Source: Candidatus Thorarchaeota archaeon | GTDB taxonomy: Archaea; Asgardarchaeota; Thorarchaeia; Thorarchaeales; Thorarchaeaceae | Direction of reading: 5' to 3' | Assembly (NCBI GenBank): GCA_016839445.1 | Contig: JAEOUG010000154.1 | Span: 1 to 58,146 of the forward strand | Length of the DNA: 58,146 nucleotides | Shown here: positions 1-8,987 of the stretch, one piece after another | Layout: every line of letters starts with the position of its first letter | How positions within the stretch are numbered: the first letter of the stretch is position 1 | Made by a program: the position numbers and the translations under genes | The notes under the pieces: model-generated | The model's input: only the letters and a program-made list of their open reading frames with translations | Databases searched by the model: none | What the model was told of the DNA's origin: nothing

Positions 1-1334
1 AGGCACCAGAACGAGTTGCAGTCGCTAGTGAATCCAAGGAGTCTGCCGTTGGGCATCTCGAGGACGCCTGCGTTTCCTCCAATGTCCACTGCGGTATGTG
101 ACTGAACGTGTTGATCGAACTGGCTGTATATCCAAGATCTATCACAGATATTCAGTGAACCCATTAGAGCCAGAATAGCTTCTCTGAAGTCTGTGGGTTC
201 GACATACCACTCCATCGAGTCTGTCTGCGAAGGTAGTTTGCCTTCGATTCGCTCAGGTTCAGGAAAGCCATGGACCAAGAGATCAATTGGGAGCTGAGCT
301 ATTGTTGCGCCATCAAACTTAGCGGTGCAGTAACCATCATCTGTGACGTGCCCAATGTCAGCATAGGTACAGTCGTTCTTTTCACAGATAACCATGATGC
401 GCTCCATGCTCTCTGCAGGAGTGATTGCCAGCATACGTTCCTGTGATTCTGACAGGATGATCTCCCAAGGCTCCAAATCGCCCTCTCTGAGCGGCACTCT
501 CTCAAGATGTATCTCTACACCGGTTCCTCCTGCGGCTGCAAGCTCCGCTGCGGCTACCGCTATGCCACCTCCGCCCAAGTCTTGGAGACCCGACAGAAGA
601 CCTTCTTCCACCATCTCAGCTAGTGTGTCGATCAGAATCTTCTTCGCTAGAGGATCTCCTATCTGGATGGCGCTCTGATTCGCTCTCTCCGACGTGGAGA
701 GTGACTTGGAGGCAAAGACCGCGCCAGCAATCCCATCGCGGCCTGTCGTCGAGCCAAACACCACCAGATGATGGCCTGGTGTGCTTGCTGCGCTCCTAAC
801 CACCTTTCCGGATGGCACAGATCCAATGCACACTACATTGACGAGACAGTTGCCATCATAGGAGCTATCGAATTCGACTTCTCCTCCAATCATAGGAATC
901 CCCACGCTGTTTCCGTAGTCGGAGATTCCTCGGGCCACGTTTCGAAGTAGATGTGCGTTTCGTTGCTTGCTGATATCACCGAACCTCAAGCAGTTCATTA
1001 GCCCAATAGTCCTGCATCCCTGTGAAACCACATCACGAATAATCCCACCCACACCTGTGGCTGCCCCATTGTACGGGTCGACGTTGCTGGGATGGTTGTG
1101 TGACTCCATGGCTACTCCGACCAAGTATCCGTCTCCGATGTCGAATAGCCCGGCCCCCTCCCCAATTCCGAGAACCACTCCCTCCCCATCGGTCTTGAGT
1201 AGATGGAACCACCGCTTACTGCTTTTGTAGCTGCAGTGCTCCGACCATAGCACTTCTAGCATCTTTGCTTCTGCCATGGTCATCTCCCTTCCGAGAGACC
1301 TCTTAGCAAGTTCACTTTCCTCTGATGTCAGCAT
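1..1334 (-). CDS. purL: Phosphoribosylformylglycinamidine synthase subunit PurL (5' part; runs off window start)
   Basis: Manual translation from ATG at 1334: MLTSEESELAKRSLGREMT...LWSEHCSYKSS...MESHNHPS...GAATGVGGIIRD; overlaps purQ stop. Confidence 0.93.
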   Translation of the reverse strand, partial: MLTSEESELAKRSLGREMTMAEAKMLEVLWSEHCSYKSSKRWFHLLKTDGEGVVLGIGEGAGLFDIGDGYLVGVAMESHNHPSNVDPYNGAATGVGGIIRDVVSQGCRTIGLMNCLRFGDISKQRNAHLLRNVARGISDYGNSVGIPMIGGEVEFDSSYDGNCLVNVVCIGSVPSGKVVRSAASTPGHHLVVFGSTTGRDGIAGAVFASKSLSTSERANQSAIQIGDPLAKKILIDTLAEMVEEGLLSGLQDLGGGGIAVAAAELAAAGGTGVEIHLERVPLREGDLEPWEIILSESQERMLAITPAESMERIMVICEKNDCTYADIGHVTDDGYCTAKFDGATIAQLPIDLLVHGFPEPERIEGKLPSQTDSMEWYVEPTDFREAILALMGSLNICDRSWIYSQFDQHVQSHTAVDIGGNAGVLEMPNGRLLGFTSDCNSFWC

Positions 1335-2026
1335 TTGGCGGCCCTCACGAAGTTCTCTAGAATCATCCGCCCGTCCGTTGACCCTAGTACCTGCCTGCTT
1401 GCGCGCTCTGGATGGGGCATCATTCCCATCACGTTTCCTTTCTGATTGATGACACTGGCGATGTTCTCAATAGATCCATTGGGGTTTGCTTCAGATGACA
1501 TGTTCCCCGCCAGGTCACAGTATCTCAAAGGAACTCTATTCTCGTCATTGAGCGCTATCAAGTCATCTTCTGAGCAGTAGTAGTTGCCTTCCGAATGGGC
1601 GATGGGTAGTCTGATGACCGCGTTCTCCATTCCCTCTGTGAATGCGGTCGGCATGTCAGACACCTTCAGATACACCCATCGGCACACAAACCTCGAAGAT
1701 AGATTCGGAAGAAGGACTCCTGGGAGAAGGCCCATCTCCGCCAGAATCTGGAATCCGTTTGATACACCAAGAATAGGCATCCCGTCCTCCGCCAAATCGC
1801 GAATGCCTTGAGTGATTGGCTCAACTGAAGCAATCGCTCCCGCCCGCAAATAGTCCCCGTAGGAGAATCCGCTAGGAATCACAATTGCACACGCATCCTT
1901 GAGGCCGGCTACTCCCTTTCTGCTTGGGAGAAGGAATGGCTTTGCACCCTTAACCTGGCTTAGCGCCGCGAGAACATCCTGATCATTTGTAGTGCCTGGG
2001 AATCTCACGACCGCGACTGACATCAC
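1328..2026 (-). CDS. purQ: FGAM synthase glutaminase subunit PurQ, with the catalytic Cys replaced by Ser
   Basis: VVRFPG, GFSYGDYLRAGA, GVSNGFQIL, PIAHSEG, NPNGS, GMMPHPER motifs. Confidence 0.92.
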   Translation of the reverse strand: MMSVAVVRFPGTTNDQDVLAALSQVKGAKPFLLPSRKGVAGLKDACAIVIPSGFSYGDYLRAGAIASVEPITQGIRDLAEDGMPILGVSNGFQILAEMGLLPGVLLPNLSSRFVCRWVYLKVSDMPTAFTEGMENAVIRLPIAHSEGNYYCSEDDLIALNDENRVPLRYCDLAGNMSSEANPNGSIENIASVINQKGNVMGMMPHPERASRQVLGSTDGRMILENFVRAAKC

Positions 2027-2988
2027 TAGGGCCTCACTTGGTGGCTCTCGGACACTGGATTCGACAGCAATTTGATGCTCATGAGGTTCAATTGCTTCAG
2101 CGTTTCTGAAGTCAACGGTCCATTCAGTGTTATCTTGAAGAGCTTGCCAACTCTCACTTCTGTGACATCCGCGAATCCCAGTCTGACTAGTGCCTTCCTA
2201 GTGATTTCTCCTGGAGGATTCCTGATGCCTGGCTTCGGCTCAACGATGACTTCAATTATTTCTCTTCTATCTGGGATCTCCTCTCCACGTGTCTTCATGA
2301 TTCTCTCGTTTAGTCTCCTGTATGAGTCAATCGGACTTCTAGGGGTTCTCGTGGACGTCTTCTTGCTCTTGCTGCCCATCTCGCTGTCCCAGACCGTCAT
2401 TGTGTCGTGGGAGATCTCGTCCGCGACGACGACTCTTTCACCATCAGCTATGCCAAACTCGAGCTTGAGGTCAGCAAGTTGAAGACTGGCCTGCGCAAGC
2501 AAAGCCGATAGATAGTAGTTGACCGAGGATGTTATGGAGAGCATCAAAGCTAGAGTCTGAGAATCCATGTGACCCAATAATACTGCAGACTCTCGTGTTA
2601 TCAGCAGATTTGGCTTCTCTCTGTCTTTCACGAAGAGCTCGATGACAGGCGACTCAAAGACCCGTCCTTTCTCAACTCCGTATCTCTCACAGAAAGAGCC
2701 TGCAGCCGCATTCCTGCAGACCACCATGATTGGAATGACATCCACTTTGCGGCAGAGAAGCTTCGGCCCTGACAGGGATTTGATGAGATGCGTGTCAATT
2801 CCCTTCCCCTCCAGGAACCCAAGCAAATGATACGAAAGGTCACAGGTCAGCTCTCCCTTCCCTGAAATCTCATCATTCTCATCCACGTTGTCACCCATAG
2901 CCGCATCAGTGAACTCGATGACAACTCTTTCCTCGCTCTCAGGATCCTGATATACCCGCTTTGACCTGCCTTCGCGAATGAGTCTCAT
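2026..2988 (-). CDS. purC-purS: SAICAR synthetase-like (PurC) domain fused to C-terminal PurS
   Basis: EGRSKRVY, CRNAAAGS, DLKLEFG, ADEIS (PurC); C-terminal VEPKPGIRNPPGEITRKAL...VRVGK...LLSNPV (PurS); ATG 2988 preceded by AAGGAGG. Confidence 0.85.
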   Translation of the reverse strand: MRLIREGRSKRVYQDPESEERVVIEFTDAAMGDNVDENDEISGKGELTCDLSYHLLGFLEGKGIDTHLIKSLSGPKLLCRKVDVIPIMVVCRNAAAGSFCERYGVEKGRVFESPVIELFVKDREKPNLLITRESAVLLGHMDSQTLALMLSITSSVNYYLSALLAQASLQLADLKLEFGIADGERVVVADEISHDTMTVWDSEMGSKSKKTSTRTPRSPIDSYRRLNERIMKTRGEEIPDRREIIEVIVEPKPGIRNPPGEITRKALVRLGFADVTEVRVGKLFKITLNGPLTSETLKQLNLMSIKLLSNPVSESHQVRP

Positions 2989-3248
2989 TCCCTGTCCTCC
3001 TTGAGCAAATGTAGAGGTCTCCTCCACGATGTCTTCCCTGGCGACCTTTCTCTTTCCACTGTATCAGGCAGTCCTTATGTCTCTGGAATCACTGTGTCCT
3101 CTCGGGGTGCGAGGAGCGTCTTCCTCCTAAGACAAGAGGGGCTACCCACTTGTATCAAAGGATAGCCAGAGAAGGCGCACTAATATGTTCTGGTGCTCCT
3201 TCAGAACGCCTCTGGCCTGTGATGATGGTCGTCTTTGAAGCTGCACTC

Positions 3249-3797
3249 TCACAGGAACTCTCTGAGAATCGTACCAATAACTGAGCCAAGCAAGGTGGCC
3301 AGCATCATCAGAATGAAGGGTACAATCGAGAGTGCTATGGCGCTCAGAATGAAGCCTCCTAGATCCAGTCCTGGGAACAGAATGGCTGGTGACCCCAGGA
3401 ACACGAAATAGAGCAGCAGGAAGAACAGCGACGCCAGAGCTCCACCGATTAGGGCCTTGCCAGTGTCTGCAGCAGTCAGGCCTATCGGGATAGCTGTTAG
3501 GGCAGGAATGAAGAACATGTACGTTGATGAGTTCTCAAGGACCCTCACAGTGACGAAGGAGTAGATCGACACGTTGATGAGTGCCGTGAGTAGCGGCAAG
3601 AGGATTAGCAGGACACGATCCCTTGTGTTCTCGTACATCTGAACGCCCAGGAGTTTCACAATGGGCTGAGGCCTATCTGGAGTCTTTCTAGGCTTCTTCT
3701 CCACTTCGGGGAGTGGCCTGAAGAGTCCCTTCTTCTCTTCCTTGTCCTCTTCGGGAGTTTCTACTCTTAGCTTCTCCTCATCTGACATAGTGCTCAC
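3249..3797 (-). CDS. Hypothetical membrane protein (about 4 TM, charged N-terminus)
   Basis: 182 aa ORF with four hydrophobic segments. Confidence 0.7.
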   Translation of the reverse strand: MSTMSDEEKLRVETPEEDKEEKKGLFRPLPEVEKKPRKTPDRPQPIVKLLGVQMYENTRDRVLLILLPLLTALINVSIYSFVTVRVLENSSTYMFFIPALTAIPIGLTAADTGKALIGGALASLFFLLLYFVFLGSPAILFPGLDLGGFILSAIALSIVPFILMMLATLLGSVIGTILREFL

Positions 3798-3910
3798 GGT
3801 GTTGTTGGCAGAGAGTCATTGAATAAATACTTCGCATCGCGCAAGGATGACTGCGTCGAACCGCAACGACTATCTGCGTTTCAGACATGCTACATTTCAG
3901 AGGATGGCCT

Positions 3911-5038
3911 ATGGTTGAGGAGACTCCTGTTGATTTCGACGAAGGCGAGGATGTGCTTGAGTCATCGCTGACAAGGCGAAGGAAGGTTGAGCACATCGAG
4001 ATATGCCTGGAAGAAGACGTTCAGTGCCGTCGGACAACGATGCTTGAGGACATCGAATTCGTGCACAACGCACTTCCCGAGATTGACAAAGACAAGATAG
4101 ATCTCACTTCGAACTTCTTCGGTTTCCGAGCATCAGCACCTCTGCTGATTGCGGGAATGACGGGAGGTCATCCCCGGACTAAGGGCATAAACGAGAAGCT
4201 GGCTGCGGCAGCTGAGGAGCTGGGTCTGCCTATCGGTGTTGGAAGCCAGAGAGCGGCAATTGAGGACCCGTCTCTTGAGGACACGTTCAGAGTCGTGAGA
4301 GAGACCGCCCCATCGGTTCCTATTCTGGCAAACATAGGAGCCACGCACGTCGACTATGCTGAGGATGCAGTTTCGATGATCGAAGCAGATCTCCTTGCTG
4401 TTCATCTTAATCCTCTTCAAGAGGCCATTCAGCCAGAGGGCGACTGCAATTCTATCGGCGTTGTTGACACCATAGCTGCAATCGTCGACTCCGTTGATGT
4501 TCCTGTCATAGTGAAAGAGACTGGAGCAGGGATTTCAGACGATGTTGCTCGCCGACTCGCAGAAGTGGGCGTGGACGGAGTGGACGTTGGAGGTGTCGGA
4601 GGCACTAGCTGGGCAGCTGTTGAATACTACCGGGCACTGAAGGAAGACAATGACCTGAAATCGCAGTTCGGTCTGGAATACTGGGACTGGGGCATCCCCA
4701 CGGCTCTCAGCGTCATTCTCGTCTTGAACTCCACGGAGCTTGATGTCATTGCCACAGGAGGAATCAGAACTGGTCTCGATGTGGCAAAAGCTCTGAGTCT
4801 TGGAGCTGTTGCGGCAGGAGTTGCTCTGCCGCTGCTTCGTCCATCGGTTCTTGGATCCTCATTGGACGTTGTCATGGAGCTGGAGCGCTTCATAGAGGGC
4901 TTGAAGGTGGCGATGTATCTCACTGGCAGTTCAACTGTCGATGACATCGCCTCAAAACCACTAATCCTGAAGGGAGAGCTTGTTGAGTCACTGAGGTCTC
5001 TGGGAATCGACTATAAGCGCGTAGCATCAGGCACCTAG
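3911..5038 (+). CDS. fni: Type 2 (FMN-dependent) isopentenyl-diphosphate delta-isomerase
   Basis: RKVEHI, HNALPE, GMTGG, VGSQR, HLNPLQE, VKETG, GGTSW, GGIRTG motifs. Confidence 0.95.
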   Translation: MVEETPVDFDEGEDVLESSLTRRRKVEHIEICLEEDVQCRRTTMLEDIEFVHNALPEIDKDKIDLTSNFFGFRASAPLLIAGMTGGHPRTKGINEKLAAAAEELGLPIGVGSQRAAIEDPSLEDTFRVVRETAPSVPILANIGATHVDYAEDAVSMIEADLLAVHLNPLQEAIQPEGDCNSIGVVDTIAAIVDSVDVPVIVKETGAGISDDVARRLAEVGVDGVDVGGVGGTSWAAVEYYRALKEDNDLKSQFGLEYWDWGIPTALSVILVLNSTELDVIATGGIRTGLDVAKALSLGAVAAGVALPLLRPSVLGSSLDVVMELERFIEGLKVAMYLTGSSTVDDIASKPLILKGELVESLRSLGIDYKRVASGT

Positions 5039-6441
5039 ACTACTCCGATTCTCTGGAGGTACTTCGAGCGACGTCGTATTCCGTTCAGCATCTGGACGGC
5101 TTCTTCAATCGTATCGCCGACAGGAATGCCGTTTATCTCGAACCCTCGTATGATGACTTCGTATTTCTCCAGATCTGGCACATATGAGACGACCGTCTTC
5201 TGGTGAGTCTTTGCCACGTTAGCCACGCGTGCTCCTATCTGAAGAGAGATGCCTGGAGCATATGGAAGCAGAAGCAGCAATGCTGCATCTATGTTCTCAA
5301 ACTCAAGCATCTTGTCAAGAACACGCTCATAGTCGACATCAGAGGCGCTGCCGGTCAGGTCGCACGGATTTCGGAACGAGGCAATCCCCTGATATGCAGG
5401 GGTCATCACCTCTCGCATGGTTTCCTGTTGCTCTCTGCTGAACCCGGGGAATACCAATCCGTAATGAGATGCCTCATCGCTCGCTATGACTCCATGGCCT
5501 CCACTTACAGTCAGTGTACCCACCCTAGGGCCCTTCATGGGTTTCGGCTTGAAGGAGAAGGCTTTCGCGTAGGCCATTACCTCATCCTCATCCACTGCTT
5601 GGATCACCCCGAACTGCCTGAATGCCGCCTCTGCCACAACTTGGTTACCTGCGAGAGAAGATGTGTGACTCTGTGTGGCTCGATGTCCGGCTTCGGACTC
5701 CCCACCCTTGAGGACAACGACTGGTTTCTTCGGCGCTATCTCCTTGCACGTTTCGACGAACCGTCGTCCCTCTCCTTCTCCAAACCCTTCGATGTATGCC
5801 AGAATCACGTCTACCTTCCTCTCGGAACCGAAGTGTCTGATGAAGTCATGAACCTTGGTCTGCGCGGCATTGCCTATCGATATGGCGGCTGCAATCCCTA
5901 CATCTCTCTGGGCGAACTCCTCGAGTCGCTCTATCAGCCAGCCGCCACTCTGCGAGATTATGGCCACATTACCTCTCCTAGGTCTGGCCACTCTCTCAGA
6001 GGGCAGGAAGAACGTGTCAAGGACATCTGGCACGAAGACACCAATGCAGTTGGGGCCCACCATTGTTATCCCGAATTCCTCGGCTATCTCCACGATTTCG
6101 CTCTGGAGGCTTGCGCCAGTGGCTCCCACCTCGCTGAACCCTCCTGAAACGACAACTACAGAGTGAATCCCCTTCTCTCCACATTCTCTTAGAACACCGG
6201 GGACGTACTTCGCAGGTACGGAGATGACAGCGAGCTCTATGCCATCCGGCGCCTCTGTGATGGACTTGCAGACGGGGACTCCTTCAACAACCCCTCCCTT
6301 GGGGTTTATCGGATAGGTTGGTAAAGCGTTCTCAAACCTGAGTTTCCTGAAGATCACGTTCCCCGGGCTAAACGGATTAGAAGTCGACACTCCCACAACC
6401 GCAGTGGCACTGGGATTAAGCATAGTCTTTAGGCCTGTCAT
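5035..6441 (-). CDS. ADP-forming acyl-CoA synthetase alpha-like subunit (CoA-binding + ligase domains)
   Basis: YPINPK, SGGFSE, GPNCIG, ISQSG, SHT phospho-His motif, NPCDLTG. Confidence 0.88.
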   Translation of the reverse strand: MTGLKTMLNPSATAVVGVSTSNPFSPGNVIFRKLRFENALPTYPINPKGGVVEGVPVCKSITEAPDGIELAVISVPAKYVPGVLRECGEKGIHSVVVVSGGFSEVGATGASLQSEIVEIAEEFGITMVGPNCIGVFVPDVLDTFFLPSERVARPRRGNVAIISQSGGWLIERLEEFAQRDVGIAAAISIGNAAQTKVHDFIRHFGSERKVDVILAYIEGFGEGEGRRFVETCKEIAPKKPVVVLKGGESEAGHRATQSHTSSLAGNQVVAEAAFRQFGVIQAVDEDEVMAYAKAFSFKPKPMKGPRVGTLTVSGGHGVIASDEASHYGLVFPGFSREQQETMREVMTPAYQGIASFRNPCDLTGSASDVDYERVLDKMLEFENIDAALLLLLPYAPGISLQIGARVANVAKTHQKTVVSYVPDLEKYEVIIRGFEINGIPVGDTIEEAVQMLNGIRRRSKYLQRIGVV

Positions 6442-6518
6442 GTCTCCGCCTCTGGCTTTGGCGTTCCTGCTCACAGCCCCTTATATGACCTGCGAAGGTG
6501 AATCTGCTTCGTCAGACA

Positions 6519-7574
6519 TCAGGGCTTCATCTGGGCTAGTATCTCTATCATTCGAGGTTCCGCCAGAATCGCGTGCTGGAGCTTGCAGAGCAACTTGGTG
6601 ATTTCTGCGTAGATGACCTGTCTTGGCTCGTCACTGGCCTTCTCTGCACTCTCGAGCGACTCGGCACACTGCTGGTTCAGCCTCTTGATAATTCTCTTCT
6701 CGAGTTCTGGTCCACCCCATCCAAAGCCATCAAAGGCAGTCTGCGCTTCGAGTATCTTCTCTTTGACACTCAGCTTCTCTTCCTTGAGCACTTTCTCGAG
6801 ACCCTGATAGTACTTTGCCACGGCACGCTCAATGCGTTCCATCTCCGACCCAGTAAGGTACGTTTCTTGCTGGCGTGTCTTCATCAGGTCCTGCAATAGA
6901 CGAGCCCCTGGGGCCTCCGTGAGAAGCCCCTTTGCTGTGGCCATAATCGTACGTGCAGGCAGCTCCATCACATCACCGATATAGGGTGAATCTGAGCGGT
7001 ACTTGTGAATCTCTCTGATAGTCTCGAGCCAGAAGGTCGGCATGAGCACGTGGCAGCGCTTTGAATACTGCTGGATGAGCCGCTGTGTCTGGCCAATAAG
7101 GCCGAACTGGTCATCTTCGACATCTACCTTCCTGAAGGCTTCAAGAGGTCTCGTAGGTTCGCCACCTACTAGAGGAATGATTTTCTCTCCTTCTGCGGAC
7201 TCTGAATCTCCGGGTGTCTGAGAAGGAATGTGCCCACCATCCAGGATCGAAAGTATCTCCTGCGCCGGATGGGTCTCAGCTCTCTTGGCCTTTTCAGAGA
7301 GTTTTGGCAGCAGAGACTCAATCTGTGAGAGCCTCTTCACAATCAGAGTCATGATGTTCTGAGTGGACGGAGGAATACCCTTCATGGCAGTAGCTTCTTC
7401 CATCCACTTACGAGTTCGAAGAAGCCCCTGGGTAAGAGAGTCTACACGGTCTGGGTCTACGCTCTCTTCGACCTGTGAACTCAGCAAGAAGTGAAGTAGA
7501 GTTGAGTTCAGCGTGACCATCAACAGAAGCCTGTCGATTAGGTCCTCGAATTGGAAGGAGGGAGCGTCAGACAT
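6519..7574 (-). CDS. Hypothetical alpha-helical protein, third gene of the tubulin-like operon
   Basis: 351 aa ORF starting 18 bp after the tubulin-like stop, GAGGTG SD-like motif. Confidence 0.8.
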   Translation of the reverse strand: MSDAPSFQFEDLIDRLLLMVTLNSTLLHFLLSSQVEESVDPDRVDSLTQGLLRTRKWMEEATAMKGIPPSTQNIMTLIVKRLSQIESLLPKLSEKAKRAETHPAQEILSILDGGHIPSQTPGDSESAEGEKIIPLVGGEPTRPLEAFRKVDVEDDQFGLIGQTQRLIQQYSKRCHVLMPTFWLETIREIHKYRSDSPYIGDVMELPARTIMATAKGLLTEAPGARLLQDLMKTRQQETYLTGSEMERIERAVAKYYQGLEKVLKEEKLSVKEKILEAQTAFDGFGWGGPELEKRIIKRLNQQCAESLESAEKASDEPRQVIYAEITKLLCKLQHAILAEPRMIEILAQMKP

Positions 7575-7592
7575 TGCGTCATCACACCTCGT

Positions 7593-8975
7593 TTACTCCA
7601 TGGTCTCCCCAGGTGTCATGTAGTAGCTGAACAGCTCTCTGAAGTCGTTGATGGCGTCCACGAGCTCCTTTCGGGAGGTTCCCTTAGAGCGCATGAACCA
7701 CCCCTGTTTCAGGGGCGATGCCCCACTGTGCAGATTCACGAGCTGTGTTGCTTCATTGATGATCTGTACAAGCTCGGGTATCTTCGGCAGTCCAAGAAGG
7801 AGTAGCAGGTCCGTAGACTCCTCTCCAGCGTGATACTGCACGTAGCATGGTGTTATCGCCGCACCAGGGGCAATGAACTTGTCAAGTGCTTCTTTCAGAT
7901 GCATGCCATACTCCGCTTTGGCTACGCTTCTCGGCCCGGACATCACGTAGTAGACGCTCTCCGCGTTGGGTTCCTCTCCGACATCGGCGTAGGAACACTC
8001 CCTGACTGCGTAGTCAATCATCTGCCTGAGCTGCTTGGGCATGCTTGCCTGATCCTGAATGAGACCGACATCTGCGTATAGCGCGGGAACGACCACTGGG
8101 TCAAGCTTGCGAGCATAGTCTGCTAGGTCGGTTGTTGGGAAGACATCCTTGTGGCTCTCCCACACACCCGGTGAGAGCATTGCCTCAACTACATCGAGGG
8201 CTAGAGGGTTCACCAGTTCTACAAACGCCTGCTCAGTCCTCGACTCACCGTCTGCGGTTTCATCTATTGTGGACGGGACATTCTTCTGGATTGAGTCGAT
8301 GTCTGCGATATCCACATTCAGTTCCTGCTGGAGATAGTCGACGCTATCTGATCTTCTCCACTGAAGAATACGCTTCAGCATCGTCCTATTGCTTAGTAGT
8401 ATTGTAAGGTCTGCACCCCTCTCCTGAAGCTGTGCTCTCAGTAACTTTGAGACAGCCCAGATTGAGTTCAAAGCCTCACTGGACTGCCCCTCAAAGGGCA
8501 GTACGCCTATTACGTAGACAAAGATCCGTCGGCCCTCTTCTTCCTGGAATCTCTGCTTGAGTAGGTCAATCAATGCAGGCGTTCCGCCGCAACCTGTGCC
8601 GCCCCCAAGGCTAGTGAATATGCAGAAGCCTGACACTCCTTCAAAGCCCAGGTTGCTCAATTGGTCGAAGATGATGTCCTTTGACTCCATGATGGCGTTA
8701 TAGCCGTCCATGAAGCGCCCGCCGACACCAATCTCGCTTGCACCATAGAGGAGGGTGTGTTCCTTCGGTATCTCATACTTCTGGCGTACCTTGGTGAGGT
8801 CTGCTCTGTCTGTATTAATGAGCAGGTAACCTCTGACTCTTGACGGAAGTCTCTTGTCGTGGCTTCTCTTCAGGTAGGATCCTACGATGTTTGAACCACA
8901 CTCGCCAATACCTATGGCGAAGACCTCAGCCGCCTTGGTTGTATCGTCGACTTCTACTGGATTTCCTCTTAGCAT
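7593..8975 (-). CDS. Tubulin/FtsZ/CetZ-superfamily GTPase (divergent)
   Basis: T1 GIGECGSNI, T2 LINTD, T3 GVGG, T4 signature SLGGGTGCG, T5 VLPF, T7-like TTDLADY. Confidence 0.92.
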   Translation of the reverse strand: MLRGNPVEVDDTTKAAEVFAIGIGECGSNIVGSYLKRSHDKRLPSRVRGYLLINTDRADLTKVRQKYEIPKEHTLLYGASEIGVGGRFMDGYNAIMESKDIIFDQLSNLGFEGVSGFCIFTSLGGGTGCGGTPALIDLLKQRFQEEEGRRIFVYVIGVLPFEGQSSEALNSIWAVSKLLRAQLQERGADLTILLSNRTMLKRILQWRRSDSVDYLQQELNVDIADIDSIQKNVPSTIDETADGESRTEQAFVELVNPLALDVVEAMLSPGVWESHKDVFPTTDLADYARKLDPVVVPALYADVGLIQDQASMPKQLRQMIDYAVRECSYADVGEEPNAESVYYVMSGPRSVAKAEYGMHLKEALDKFIAPGAAITPCYVQYHAGEESTDLLLLLGLPKIPELVQIINEATQLVNLHSGASPLKQGWFMRSKGTSRKELVDAINDFRELFSYYMTPGETME

Positions 8976-8987
8976 TGGTAGTATCTC

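Noticed and set aside
3219-3264. Possible C/D box sRNA (GTGATGA ... CTGA)
   Set aside because: No convincing internal D'/C' boxes, and it overlaps a CDS end
5203-6147. 314 aa plus-strand ORF
   Set aside because: Fully antisense to the well-supported acyl-CoA synthetase and has no motifs; shadow ORF, like the many other short antisense ORFs in the track
7593-8975. Calling the gene ftsZ or a bona fide alpha/beta-tubulin
   Set aside because: It lacks the FtsZ-typical GGGGxN and NxDFAD context and is too divergent from true tubulins to assign without a phylogeny
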